Source: a virus. Taken from it: a stretch of DNA of 64,000 bases. How positions within the stretch are numbered: position 1 is the first letter of the stretch; every line of letters starts with the position of its first letter. The DNA is taken from the IMG/VR virus record IMGVR_UViG_3300028920_002946, positions 64,001 through 128,000 of that record; one strand, 5' to 3'. The notes beneath the pieces are model-generated. The model was not told where the DNA came from and ran no database searches. It saw only the letters and a list, made by a program, of their open reading frames with translations. Both the position numbers and the translations under genes were made by a program. Positions 26,352 through 35,698 of this stretch are shown here, one piece after another.

Positions 26352-28946
26352 CTACCGGAACATACCCAGGAACGAGTCCCTCAAGCCCTTGTCCCGGGCG
26401 GCCGCGAAGAGACTCGCCTTGAGGTGCGCGTACGGTTTGCCCGCGTTGAAGAGGCGCTTCATCCTCGATGCAGGATTGCCTGTCGCACTTTCATAGGCGC
26501 CGAACCCCAACGCATCGCCCGCCAAATCGCAAGCATCAAAATACTCCCGTATCCTGTCGACGGGCTTCTTCACGACCCGCCCCGGCTTAAACCCGCACGA
26601 TTCAACGAACTTGTTCCATGAGCCGAATCTGCGCTCCAACACGTGTGCGGGCACGCCGTTGATGCCGTGCCCCTCATAATTGCCCCGTGCAAGCCCGATG
26701 GACGGCGCATTTTCCTTGAACCAACAAACCGCGCCGTCCAAGTCATACCTTTCACGGAAGACACGACGTCCCCTTCTTCTCCTCACCCCTCGAGGCGGGC
26801 GCTGTGTGTGCCTGTCAGGGGGCTCCCAAGTGATAGGGGGGGCCTCGTCAACCGAACAGAAGGACAGAATATCCTCATGGGCCCCGCCATTGAAGTTTCT
26901 GACAGGAACGGCAAACTTCTCAAACAGATGAAACCCCACAGACTTGCAGAGTCGTATGGTGTCCTCTATCAAAGGCGCGCAGGAGCGCTCCGAAAGACAC
27001 ACGGAGAACACCCCGCCGGGCGCAAGCGACCCTATGCAGTTGCGGACGGTGGGATCCCAATAACCCTCTATCCACCGCCGATAGTCGGGGAACTTCGCCA
27101 CACTCTGGGTGCTCTCGTCGCTGTACCTTTCGTAATCGAAGTACGGGGGGCTCGAGAAGGCGACGCTAAAGGCCCCGGGTTTGGGGCCGAAACCCTCCGA
27201 TCCGGATTTGACCACATCAAACCTCCCCCCGACCACGGGACGAAGAAACGACCCGAAGCGCTCCAAGTTGGAGGCCGTCTCCGAACAGGGTTCGACGCAC
27301 ACATAGTCCATGCCCAGAGACATGGCCCCGAGCATGCGGGACCCGTACCCGCCGCTGTAGTCCAGCACCCGCCCGTTGGCGCCATACCTGTAGAACACAA
27401 ACCTCGCCACGGAGGGCTTGAAATTGCTCACGCATAGCCGCATGGCCTTGAATCCCCTGCGCATCGAAGCCTCGCCCACGCGGTCCGCATGCTCAAGGCG
27501 GTTTCTGACATAGCCCCGCATGAAGGACTCGTCCCGCCACAAATCAACAGGCGAGGCGTGGCCCTTGCGGCTCGCGGAGTACATGTTCGGAAAAAAGCCC
27601 TCGCACAGTATCATGCCCGCCGAACTATGAGCCAAAACGCCCCCCTCGTCCCTGATAATCGATGAACGCTTGAAAGACGAAGCCAGATACTCGGCCCTCT
27701 TCGCGCTGAGGGACATATAGGGAAACGGTTTGCCCCAATATCTTCTGAACAGGGTGTCCTCCATCGCCGACTTCACGGGATCCGGGGACAGCCGATAGAA
27801 TTTCGGGCGCGGGTCGCCGACGAGCGCGGACACCCGGGCGACCTCCTCCGCGGACAGGAAATCCTCGGGTATCTTGTAGTACATGTCGGGGGTGGCGACC
27901 CCAAGCACGATGCGGAAAAAATCGCGGTAGTGGCTTTTCGACACTGTCACGTTATGGCCCGAAAGGGAAAACCCCCATCCGTATCTGTCCTCCAACCAAC
28001 CGACGAAGCGCTCAATCTGCGAGCGGTCGCCGCAGAAGTTGGCTATGGACATCTGCCTCCTCTCGTCGTCGTAACTGCCGTCGTCCAGGAACCAATAGCC
28101 CAAAATGCGGTCATCCCAATTCTCCTCGATGAACTTAAGAGGGACTGCCTTGCCCGGCACACCATCGGTGTAGAAGGCTTCTCGAAACTCCGCGAAAGCG
28201 GGATGCGTGACCGTATTAATTCTGAACTCATTTCTATCGTGATCCTTCATAATTCTATTTGAGTAGGGCTCAAGGGCAACCATCTTGCTTCTTAAGTAGT
28301 CTTTTTGTTTTGCCGAGTGAGTTTCATAATATCTCGGTGACCTGTCGATGCCGCCGTCGCCGAGGAGGCCCCCTATGATGAGGAAACGCTGCTCTTTGGT
28401 AAGAGCGGGATATTGACCCTGTCGCCAATCCTCCTTTGGCCCTATGCCCCTCTGACGTAGAACAGGAAGCCAAACGGTCTTCGACAACCCCACCTTCTCC
28501 GAAAAAGCGTCGTTCGTCATGGAGTGGTACATGGATCGCAATTCATCGGTCGACATGGAAACCAGACGTTCGGACGCGTTCCGCGTCTTTGAAAATTTGT
28601 CCGTAGCGAGCAGACCTATCCTTTTTCGTCGGTATGCCACACCCGGGCCTGTCAAGCCGAAACGACGCCCAATTTCCTCGTCGGAAAGTCCCTGCTCGCA
28701 AAATCCCTTGAGGACATCATCCGTCAATAGCTTTCTCAGCCCCTTTTTCTTGCCCGTGTACGCAACACGGACATCAGAGCGACCAACGCTCTTGGGGTTT
28801 GTGGGAATGCCGTATTTCCTCAAGAGCTTAAAAACGGCGTCCTCAGTCACTCCGACCAACGAACCTATCTCCCGGCACCGAAGACCGTGTGTGGAGTACA
28901 GCTGCCTAAGACTCTCTTCATCGAGTTTGTCAAACGAATAGTTCAT
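26352..28946 (-). CDS. HTH + LAGLIDADG endonuclease + amino-methyltransferase (SPPY) + homing-endonuclease-associated repeat fusion, copy 2
   Basis: 'LIIGGLLGDGGI' and 'GYWFLDDGS'; 'VLDYSGGYGSRMLG' and 'FSSPPYFDYERYS'; C-terminal 'LERRFGSWNKFVESCGFKP' repeat; start re-called to ATG 28946. Confidence 0.8.
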   Translation of the reverse strand: MNYSFDKLDEESLRQLYSTHGLRCREIGSLVGVTEDAVFKLLRKYGIPTNPKSVGRSDVRVAYTGKKKGLRKLLTDDVLKGFCEQGLSDEEIGRRFGLTGPGVAYRRKRIGLLATDKFSKTRNASERLVSMSTDELRSMYHSMTNDAFSEKVGLSKTVWLPVLRQRGIGPKEDWRQGQYPALTKEQRFLIIGGLLGDGGIDRSPRYYETHSAKQKDYLRSKMVALEPYSNRIMKDHDRNEFRINTVTHPAFAEFREAFYTDGVPGKAVPLKFIEENWDDRILGYWFLDDGSYDDERRQMSIANFCGDRSQIERFVGWLEDRYGWGFSLSGHNVTVSKSHYRDFFRIVLGVATPDMYYKIPEDFLSAEEVARVSALVGDPRPKFYRLSPDPVKSAMEDTLFRRYWGKPFPYMSLSAKRAEYLASSFKRSSIIRDEGGVLAHSSAGMILCEGFFPNMYSASRKGHASPVDLWRDESFMRGYVRNRLEHADRVGEASMRRGFKAMRLCVSNFKPSVARFVFYRYGANGRVLDYSGGYGSRMLGAMSLGMDYVCVEPCSETASNLERFGSFLRPVVGGRFDVVKSGSEGFGPKPGAFSVAFSSPPYFDYERYSDESTQSVAKFPDYRRWIEGYWDPTVRNCIGSLAPGGVFSVCLSERSCAPLIEDTIRLCKSVGFHLFEKFAVPVRNFNGGAHEDILSFCSVDEAPPITWEPPDRHTQRPPRGVRRRRGRRVFRERYDLDGAVCWFKENAPSIGLARGNYEGHGINGVPAHVLERRFGSWNKFVESCGFKPGRVVKKPVDRIREYFDACDLAGDALGFGAYESATGNPASRMKRLFNAGKPYAHLKASLFAAARDKGLRDSFLGMFR

Positions 28947-28953
28947 GATAGGT

Positions 28954-28982
28954 AATATAGCATTTGGAGATGCTACTGTCAA
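28954..28982 (-). promoter_or_regulatory. Sigma70-type promoter, leaderless, with overlapping inverted repeat
   Basis: TTGACA-N17-TATATT-N7-ATG; TAGCAT-N6-ATGCTA at 28958-28975. Confidence 0.75.
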
Positions 28983-29040
28983 TAGTTCTTTTCCCTATTT
29001 CCCAAATGCATATGTTTGCGCTAACGACCCTATAAGTAGA

Positions 29041-29072
29041 CAAAAAAGAGTCGGGGACGAATCCCCGACTCT
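29041..29072 (-). terminator. Rho-independent terminator after the major capsid gene
   Basis: AGAGTCGGGGA-TTCG-TCCCCGACTCT followed by TTTTTG. Confidence 0.9.
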
Positions 29073-29094
29073 CTAATCTGCAACTCGACTGCTA

Positions 29095-29976
29095 CTAGCG
29101 AGCAATCTTCACGCGGCACAGCGCCAGCGGGTTGTAGCAACCAATCCCAAGGTGTTCGAAAATGCTGAACCCTATCCTTCTTGCCCGGGGATCGTCTGCG
29201 CTCAGAACTGTGAGTTCTGTACGGACGGGAATACGCCCGAAGAACTCCGGCTCCGCGCACACGTAGGCGTACCCACGCGCGACCTTACGAGAGACGATGA
29301 CCTGCGCGCCCCAGAGGGTGGCGAGCATGCCGCTCTTCAGCAGCGTGGCCTGGCTCTCGAGGTCGAGGACATCGCGGCCCCACTTCCTCAGGTCGGCGAA
29401 GTCCAGCGCGTTCATGAACACGCGGGCGACCCTGAGGTCGTGCGTCTCGATGCGCGCGTAGGCGTCGATGAGGTTGGAGGGGGTGAGCGGCGCCACGGCG
29501 TTGACCTGGGCGTTGGTGTAGCTGCTGTCCAGGTTGTCGAAACCGTTCGCAGCGACGGCGTCCATGACGTCGAAGATGCGTCCGTCCTCAGCGGCCTGGA
29601 TCTGCGCCTTGCCGAGGTCCTGGGCGCGCTCGATGATGTCGAAGCGGCGCTCCTTGACCTGGGTCAGCGGGATCTCAGGGTTCGAGGCGAGCTCGAAGAG
29701 CGGGAAGGTCACCCTGCGGCCCTTGACCACGGCCAGGATGTTCTCGCCCTCTTCGCCGACCACGAATGCGGTGACGTTGGGGTCCTTGTCGTAGATGGGC
29801 AGTGCGCCATCCGGGAGCTGCTCGACCAGGAATGCCTTCCTGGCGACCGACGTGTAGTCTCTCCGCAGACGGAGAGGCTGGATCATCGACGCAGCGATCT
29901 TCGCACGGCCGGAGGCCGTCTTCAGATACTCGTTGATGATTTGCTGCTTGACCTCGTTGCTGATAGTGTCAGGCAT
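29095..29976 (-). CDS. Major capsid protein (HK97 fold, no delta domain)
   Basis: Order protease-scaffold-decoration-MCP-terminator; SD AGGAGG; extreme codon bias. 'SMIQPLRLRRDY...VEQLPDGALPIYD...FELASNP' resembles, from memory, Bxz1-type MCPs. Confidence 0.85.
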   Translation of the reverse strand: MPDTISNEVKQQIINEYLKTASGRAKIAASMIQPLRLRRDYTSVARKAFLVEQLPDGALPIYDKDPNVTAFVVGEEGENILAVVKGRRVTFPLFELASNPEIPLTQVKERRFDIIERAQDLGKAQIQAAEDGRIFDVMDAVAANGFDNLDSSYTNAQVNAVAPLTPSNLIDAYARIETHDLRVARVFMNALDFADLRKWGRDVLDLESQATLLKSGMLATLWGAQVIVSRKVARGYAYVCAEPEFFGRIPVRTELTVLSADDPRARRIGFSIFEHLGIGCYNPLALCRVKIAR

Positions 29977-30043
29977 GTTCCTTCCTCCTGTGTGTCACCC
30001 GATCCCCACGAGGGGCGGGATAGTGGTCTTTTCCTCTCCGCCC

Positions 30044-30580
30044 CTAGATGCGCATCTGGACGGCCATGAACGGATCCGACGTCGACGGGGCGATCAGGCA
30101 GATGCCCACGACGACGCTGCCGCCGGACTCCCTCGTCAGCAGGCCGTTCGGGGACACGTACAGCCGGTCGCCAGCCAGATATGTCTGCGCGGCGGCCGCC
30201 TCGGTGTGCGTCTCGTACAGGTCGGTCGTGAACACCGAACTCGCACCGTGCAGGTACGGGCACTTGCCGCTGGCCACGCCCGAGCTGGACTCGAACGGGT
30301 AGCCGACGGCGTTGTTCAGCACGACCCCGATCACGTCGTAGTCGGCTTTCGCCGCCTTGACGGCCACGCCGCTGTCGCCGACGGACACGACCGATCCCGC
30401 CAGCAGACCCTTCGGGGTGTCGGCGCTGAGGCGCGTGTTGGCCATCGCCTGGGCGTTGGTGGCGGGGCGGTTGTCCTGGGTGAGGTCATCCTCGTTCAGG
30501 TTCATCAGCGTGTTGAGGTTCCCGCGAGACAGGACGTTCATGCCTCTGTCAGGGACGATCCCACTTGCTTCTCCGATCAT
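30044..30580 (-). CDS. Capsid decoration/cement protein
   Basis: Between scaffold and MCP; 'SGKCPYLHG...FTTDLYET...YLAGDRLYVSPNGLLT...VVGIC...P'. Confidence 0.7.
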   Translation of the reverse strand: MIGEASGIVPDRGMNVLSRGNLNTLMNLNEDDLTQDNRPATNAQAMANTRLSADTPKGLLAGSVVSVGDSGVAVKAAKADYDVIGVVLNNAVGYPFESSSGVASGKCPYLHGASSVFTTDLYETHTEAAAAQTYLAGDRLYVSPNGLLTRESGGSVVVGICLIAPSTSDPFMAVQMRI

Positions 30581-30667
30581 GCGAAGCCTCCTGTTTTTTC
30601 ACCCAATCCCCAACCCGGGGCGGGTAGTCGTTCACATGCGCCCCCTCGCGGGGGCGCGGAGTTCCCT

Positions 30668-31879
30668 CTACTGCTGGAAGAGGTGGTTGATGTCCGGCGG
30701 CGTCCCGGCCATCAGGACCGAGTCCAGGTCGGCCGCGGCGCCCTCGCTGGCCTGCTTCCTCACCAGGCCGCTGAGCTTCGACGCGCCCTTCTTGTCCGCC
30801 GAGGCGGTCACGTTCGAGAAGATCTGGCTGAGGATGTCGTCGCTGGCGTCCTTGCCCTCGTCCTCGTCCTCGCCGAAGGAGATGTCCATCTCGTCGTCGT
30901 CCTTCTTCTCCTCCTTCTTCTCTTCCTTCTCCTCCTTCTTCCCGTCGCCCTCGTCGTCCTTGCCGTCGTCGCCCGTCATCGGGCACTCGTCGGTGCCGCC
31001 GCGCGGGCCGGTGCCGTCGGGTATACCGGGACCCTTCTTCGATCCGGCGGTCTTCTCGGCAGTCTCCTCATCGGCGGCCTCGGACTCCTTCGGCTCCTCC
31101 TCCTCCGACGCGTTGCTGATGTTCATCTCCGGGTCGTTGGTGTTGATGGAGGACACGCCCTTCTTGGCGGCTTCCTTCACGATCTCCTGCGCCAGTTCCA
31201 TGGCCATCGAGGCGAGCTTCTTCTGCAGGAACGGGGGAAGTTCCTCCTTCTCCTTTTCCTCCTTCTTCGCCTCCTTGTCGTCGGACGCCTCCGCCTCGGC
31301 GGGGGCCTCGGCGGCTGCCTCGGCGGGGGCCTCGGCGGCTGCCTCGTCGGGGGCCTCGGCGGCCTCCTCCGCGTCATCGGCGGACTTCTCGGCGGCGGCG
31401 GCGATCTCGCGGGCCAGCTTCTCCTGGCGGGCGAGCGTGCCGTTCAGGCAGTCGTCGGGCATGTGCATGAACGCGGCCGACTGGGCCTCGATGTCCTTCT
31501 TCGAGGCGCCGGGGAGCGCGCGCTGTGACGCGACGATGGCCCGCACGGCCTTTTCCTCGAGCCTGCGGACGTTCGCGATCGCCTCGGCGGCGTCCTTCTC
31601 GGTGTCGCCGGCGTACTTGTGCTTGTCGATGAGGGGCGCGTGGCCGGTCTCCTCGCGCTTGCTGTCGTCCGCGGCCGGGTTCTTCGTGTTCGGGTCCTCG
31701 GCCCAGGCGGAGGGGTCGCCCTTGGCGTACTCCTCGCGGGACGGATCGTTCCTCTCGTGATCCGTGTCGTTCATGTCGTAGACATCGTTGTCGATGCCGG
31801 AGCCCTTGGACTCCTTGGTTGCGCCGCGGCCCTGCACCGTGAGATCCTCGGCGACGCGGGTAGTCAGTCGTTGCCTCAT
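30668..31879 (-). CDS. Scaffolding protein
   Basis: Acidic, coiled-coil and low-complexity; C-terminal 'GTPPDINHLF' anchor; located between protease and MCP. Confidence 0.7.
   Translation of the reverse strand: MRQRLTTRVAEDLTVQGRGATKESKGSGIDNDVYDMNDTDHERNDPSREEYAKGDPSAWAEDPNTKNPAADDSKREETGHAPLIDKHKYAGDTEKDAAEAIANVRRLEEKAVRAIVASQRALPGASKKDIEAQSAAFMHMPDDCLNGTLARQEKLAREIAAAAEKSADDAEEAAEAPDEAAAEAPAEAAAEAPAEAEASDDKEAKKEEKEKEELPPFLQKKLASMAMELAQEIVKEAAKKGVSSINTNDPEMNISNASEEEEPKESEAADEETAEKTAGSKKGPGIPDGTGPRGGTDECPMTGDDGKDDEGDGKKEEKEEKKEEKKDDDEMDISFGEDEDEGKDASDDILSQIFSNVTASADKKGASKLSGLVRKQASEGAAADLDSVLMAGTPPDINHLFQQ
31294..31365. repeat. 24-bp tandem repeat x3 encoding (EAAAEAPA)n
   Basis: cctcggcgggggcctcggcggctg at 31294 and 31318, with a degenerate copy at 31342. 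Confidence 0.85.
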
Positions 31880-31957
31880 GCTGTTCCTCCTGTGTCCTGT
31901 AGGAAGTCTCCCTCACGGGGGGACCGGACCATGTACATTCGACACTAATTTTCCTAC

Positions 31958-31972
31958 ATGAATAGATTATTA
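31958..31972 (-). promoter_or_regulatory. Late-promoter-like motif
   Basis: TAATaatCTatTCAT, upstream of the scaffold-MCP genes. Confidence 0.6.
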
Positions 31973-31990
31973 GAATTGCGCCGCCGGATT

Positions 31991-34885
31991 CTATCCGCCG
32001 GTCGACGGATTCCGCACCTTGTTCAGGATCCCCGCCCACTTCAGGAGCTTCCTCGACTCCGATTTGGATGGCCTCCTGCCCGTTTCCACTATGATTTCGG
32101 TGAAGAACCGCCGCGCGTCGCCGTCGGACGCCAGGCGCACCTTGCTGAGCGCCCTGACCGCGTCGGGCCCGACAGGCTCCCTTGAGAGCTTTCCGTCCAC
32201 GTACCACAGGATTCCGAGCACGTCGTCCCTCGAGTACCCGTAGCGGGCCATGCGCCCCCAGTCCCGCAGGTTGGACATGATGAGCATGGCGTTCGCGAGC
32301 CTCTCGCCTATCTCGCCCGACGCCTCCCTGAGCATCCTGGGGAACGAGGCCTCCTTGACGAGGTCGTCGTTCGAGGCGAGGTCGGACTCCGCCGGCCTCT
32401 GGTCGGGCCTCGTGGCCGACTGGGCGCCGCCCTCCATGAGGTCGTGCCTTATCTCGTTGAGGACCGTGCGCTTGAGCATGTCCTTCACTTCCTTGGCGGT
32501 CGCGTCCTGCGGGGGCTCCTCGACCTGCGGCTGCGGGGGCTGGTCGGGCGCCCCTCCCGGGGCCGCTCCGCCCAGTCCGGCGGCGTCCCCGCCGGGGGCC
32601 GCGCCCTCCGCGGGCGGCGGCGCGTCCTCGCCGAGCGGCTTCTCCGCGTCGGCGGGGGCCTCCGGGAAGCGCGTGTCGTCCGTCGGCGCGGGGGGCGCGT
32701 CGGCGGGCGGCGCCTCGGGCGCCGGGGCCGGGGCCGGATCCTGCGCCTCGATCTCGGTGACTATCTCGTTGGCCGCCTGCTCGGCGGCGGCCTTCACGTA
32801 CATGCCGTCCGTCTTCACGAACTCCGGCACGGCGAATGCCTTGGTGAACTTCTCGGACAGGTCGAAGTCCGGCTCCACGAGGTTGCGGAGCACGGCCCCG
32901 CCGAAGGCGGGCTTGCGGACCCAGCTCGCGTCGATGAACCTGCAGCTCTCGGGGTCCTCCACGCGCCCGCACAGCTCCGCGACGATGCGCCTGACACCGT
33001 TGGGGTCGTAGAAGAAGTTCCGCTTGAAGAAGCGCACGTGCTTGCAGGCCTTCGACTCGTCCTCGGCGATCTGCCCGCACTGGCTGCACTGCGAGTATTT
33101 TATCAGGCAGCCCATGCTGGTGGCGTTGTACTCGCCTGAGGTGATCTTGTTGATCAGATCCTCGTGCTTGCGGTTCGTGGCGATGAGGATGTCGACGTAG
33201 AGCGTAGTGAGGTCCTTGCCGTCCTTGTCCTTCACGAAGGGCACCTCACGCAAAGCGACGTCTATGACCTTGCCCTTAGCGAGCTCGGGTATCTGCACGT
33301 GTTCACAGTTATGCACCGCCACACCCTCGGCGATGTACGAATTATCGCCCTCGACCTCGATGTTATGCACGGTGAAGGAACCTTCGACAGGCCCCACTCC
33401 TTCGATTTTGGACAGAAGCCACGACCCGTCATCATTGGAGAATTTGTACGTGAACCTGTTGTCCCTCTTGCCGAACATCAACGAGGAAGAATCACCCGCG
33501 GCGGCATCCAGGGCCTTGGAATCGCGACAGGAGTACCTAATCATGTACCCGGGACGGGATTTCTTTCCTGTCTCCGGATCCGTATACACATCATACCCAT
33601 CGACAACATTGCACTCAGCGTATCGACCCAAGACACCCGTTTCCTTGTAGGTCGGCAACAGCCCCAAACGCCATGAAATCCACATGAATTGCTGCACAAG
33701 CTGGCGCGACTTCAACTCCATGATGTACCCGCGAGACTTGAGCACCCCGCACCCATCACCGGAAATGCAGGATCTCAAAATCCTCGTTTGCAAACCCTTC
33801 GGAAGCCACATGGCCTCCTCAGGTAGCTTTTTGGCCCACGCATACTCGCCGCACCATTTCTTGAAGAAATCAGCCACGACCTTATTGCTAACACACAACG
33901 TGTAACTTCCGCTGTGCGTCTCACGCACGCGAGGCGAACACCCGGTCCTGAAGCCCTCCCCGAACTCTTTTTCCAACAGATCCTTCAGCATCACGGCGAC
34001 GTCGTACTCGTCATTTCCAAGGGCAAAGCAAACCCCGGACTCCTCGTCGGAGGAGTTGTTCGTCCGCATGTAGAAACCCTCGGCGAGGAACCAACCTATT
34101 AGAGTCGCGCGATTCTCGTTGACCTCCTCGTTCGGCACCTCAAGATCTGAGACAGGATGCGTCAGAAAATCGCGATCAGGGTCAATGCAGCCCGCGTCCT
34201 TCCAAGATCCGGATATCCCACATGGAAAGCTTTCCCCAGCGGCTTTGTGCACGCCCACCGAAAAACCAAGCCACTTATCGAGGCGGCAGAAGTCCTTGTC
34301 CTTGTCAAAGCGGTTCGGCCGGCCTGTCTTGGGACACGTCTTCCGTGCGCTGTACACCCAAAATGGGTGGTTAGCAGTAACGAAAAGGCTCCTCGACATA
34401 ATCGCGCGCGACTTGATTTCCACCAAATCATTTGCCTCATGCACAAATGTTCTCAACACGGCTGCTGGCTTTCCAAGCCTGTTGATCACCTTGTCACCGA
34501 CTTGTATCTCATCTATTGGCTTGTACGTTCCATCGGACATTAGCACGCGCGTACCAGCCGTGAAACAGTAGTTGTTCGCGCCCAAGAAGGACTTGTAGCA
34601 GGCGCGGAGCATGTCGCGCTCCCACGAGTCCCCGTTGTTGTTCACGAAGACGGAGTACTCGGGCTTGATCAGGTAGTTGGACTTGGGATCCTCGGGGTCG
34701 GCGCGGTCGGTGTCGACGGAGGCGATGATGGTCACGTGGCTGAGCAGCCACTGCGACGGGTCATAGGTGGCGATGACATTCTTGGCCACCTTGATCCTTC
34801 CCGCCGGGACCACCTTGTCGACCCACTTGCCGGGGTCGACCATCGCCGTCGTGACGGCAGCGTGTCCGTATTTCAACATCGCCAT
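31991..34885 (-). CDS. Prohead (capsid maturation) protease with intein
   Basis: 'NNGDSW...GANNY|CEHVQIP...GKVID' His motif and 'YNATSMGC' Ser motif; Pro/Ala linker; position upstream of the scaffold gene. Confidence 0.8.
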   Translation of the reverse strand: MAMLKYGHAAVTTAMVDPGKWVDKVVPAGRIKVAKNVIATYDPSQWLLSHVTIIASVDTDRADPEDPKSNYLIKPEYSVFVNNNGDSWERDMLRACYKSFLGANNYCFTAGTRVLMSDGTYKPIDEIQVGDKVINRLGKPAAVLRTFVHEANDLVEIKSRAIMSRSLFVTANHPFWVYSARKTCPKTGRPNRFDKDKDFCRLDKWLGFSVGVHKAAGESFPCGISGSWKDAGCIDPDRDFLTHPVSDLEVPNEEVNENRATLIGWFLAEGFYMRTNNSSDEESGVCFALGNDEYDVAVMLKDLLEKEFGEGFRTGCSPRVRETHSGSYTLCVSNKVVADFFKKWCGEYAWAKKLPEEAMWLPKGLQTRILRSCISGDGCGVLKSRGYIMELKSRQLVQQFMWISWRLGLLPTYKETGVLGRYAECNVVDGYDVYTDPETGKKSRPGYMIRYSCRDSKALDAAAGDSSSLMFGKRDNRFTYKFSNDDGSWLLSKIEGVGPVEGSFTVHNIEVEGDNSYIAEGVAVHNCEHVQIPELAKGKVIDVALREVPFVKDKDGKDLTTLYVDILIATNRKHEDLINKITSGEYNATSMGCLIKYSQCSQCGQIAEDESKACKHVRFFKRNFFYDPNGVRRIVAELCGRVEDPESCRFIDASWVRKPAFGGAVLRNLVEPDFDLSEKFTKAFAVPEFVKTDGMYVKAAAEQAANEIVTEIEAQDPAPAPAPEAPPADAPPAPTDDTRFPEAPADAEKPLGEDAPPPAEGAAPGGDAAGLGGAAPGGAPDQPPQPQVEEPPQDATAKEVKDMLKRTVLNEIRHDLMEGGAQSATRPDQRPAESDLASNDDLVKEASFPRMLREASGEIGERLANAMLIMSNLRDWGRMARYGYSRDDVLGILWYVDGKLSREPVGPDAVRALSKVRLASDGDARRFFTEIIVETGRRPSKSESRKLLKWAGILNKVRNPSTGG
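33308..34567 (-). mobile_element. Intein with LAGLIDADG homing endonuclease, 420 aa
   Basis: Block A 'CFTAGTRV', block B 'VTANHPF', LAGLIDADG 'IGWFLAEG' and 'CISGDG', blocks F/G 'VHNIEVEGDNSYIAEGVAVHN' followed by +1 Cys; lower GC than the exteins. Confidence 0.95.
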
Positions 34886-34888
34886 ACG

Positions 34889-35680
34889 CTACTTCCCCTT
34901 GCGCATCCTGTCCCATGCCGCCTGCGGCATGGCCTTGAGGCCATGGTCGTTGGCGTATTCGACGAGTTCCTCGTGCCATTTCCCCGGGTTTCGGCCGAGG
35001 AAGCCGCTCTCGGACATGTCGTCCACCTCGTCGTCCCACCACTGTATGATGGAGTTGCCGGTCTTCTTGTCGTCCAGCCCAACGAATTTGCGGTCGCGCT
35101 CGAACCACTTGTCGAAGGTGGTGTTGTAGGTGTCCCATTTCTGGGGGCCGGCGGCCGCGTACACCCTCCTCACGGCGCCGCGCAGGAACGCGTCGGAGCA
35201 GCGGGAGGCGTATTTGGGGTAGATCTCCTGGTAGGCGCGGGCGTCGTTCATCCCCTCGCCCATGCAGGAGAGGACGTCGGAGGCGAGGTCGCCCACGACA
35301 TCGGAGGCGAACTTCCTCGCTATGGCGGAGGCCATCCCCGCCAGTTCGTCTGACGCGCTCCTCATCGACAGGCCGCGCAGGTTCTGCTTGAGCGTGCCGT
35401 ACGAGTCGCCCGACCGCCCCTTGTCGTAGCTGTCGTACCCCGAGTCGCCCGTGAGCGCGGTCTGGCCCGTGAACCTCGTCACGAGTATGAGATCCTCCGG
35501 GGCCAGCCTCTGGTTGCCGCCCACCGGGAACTCGACATCGACCTTCTGTATGCCGGGGTGCACCTCGGTGACCACCCCCACGTAGGGGGACACGTGCGCC
35601 TCGCCTATGTACCAGCGCACCTGGTCGCCGGGCCTGAGGGCCTCGGGCGCCGCCGACGGGTTCGGGAAAAGTCCCGGCAT
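34889..35680 (-). CDS. Head-associated hypothetical protein
   Basis: SD AGGGGG; 'RKFASDVVGDLAS' site followed by an appended C-terminal domain. Confidence 0.7.
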   Translation of the reverse strand: MPGLFPNPSAAPEALRPGDQVRWYIGEAHVSPYVGVVTEVHPGIQKVDVEFPVGGNQRLAPEDLILVTRFTGQTALTGDSGYDSYDKGRSGDSYGTLKQNLRGLSMRSASDELAGMASAIARKFASDVVGDLASDVLSCMGEGMNDARAYQEIYPKYASRCSDAFLRGAVRRVYAAAGPQKWDTYNTTFDKWFERDRKFVGLDDKKTGNSIIQWWDDEVDDMSESGFLGRNPGKWHEELVEYANDHGLKAMPQAAWDRMRKGK

Positions 35681-35698
35681 CTTGAAACCCCCTATGGG

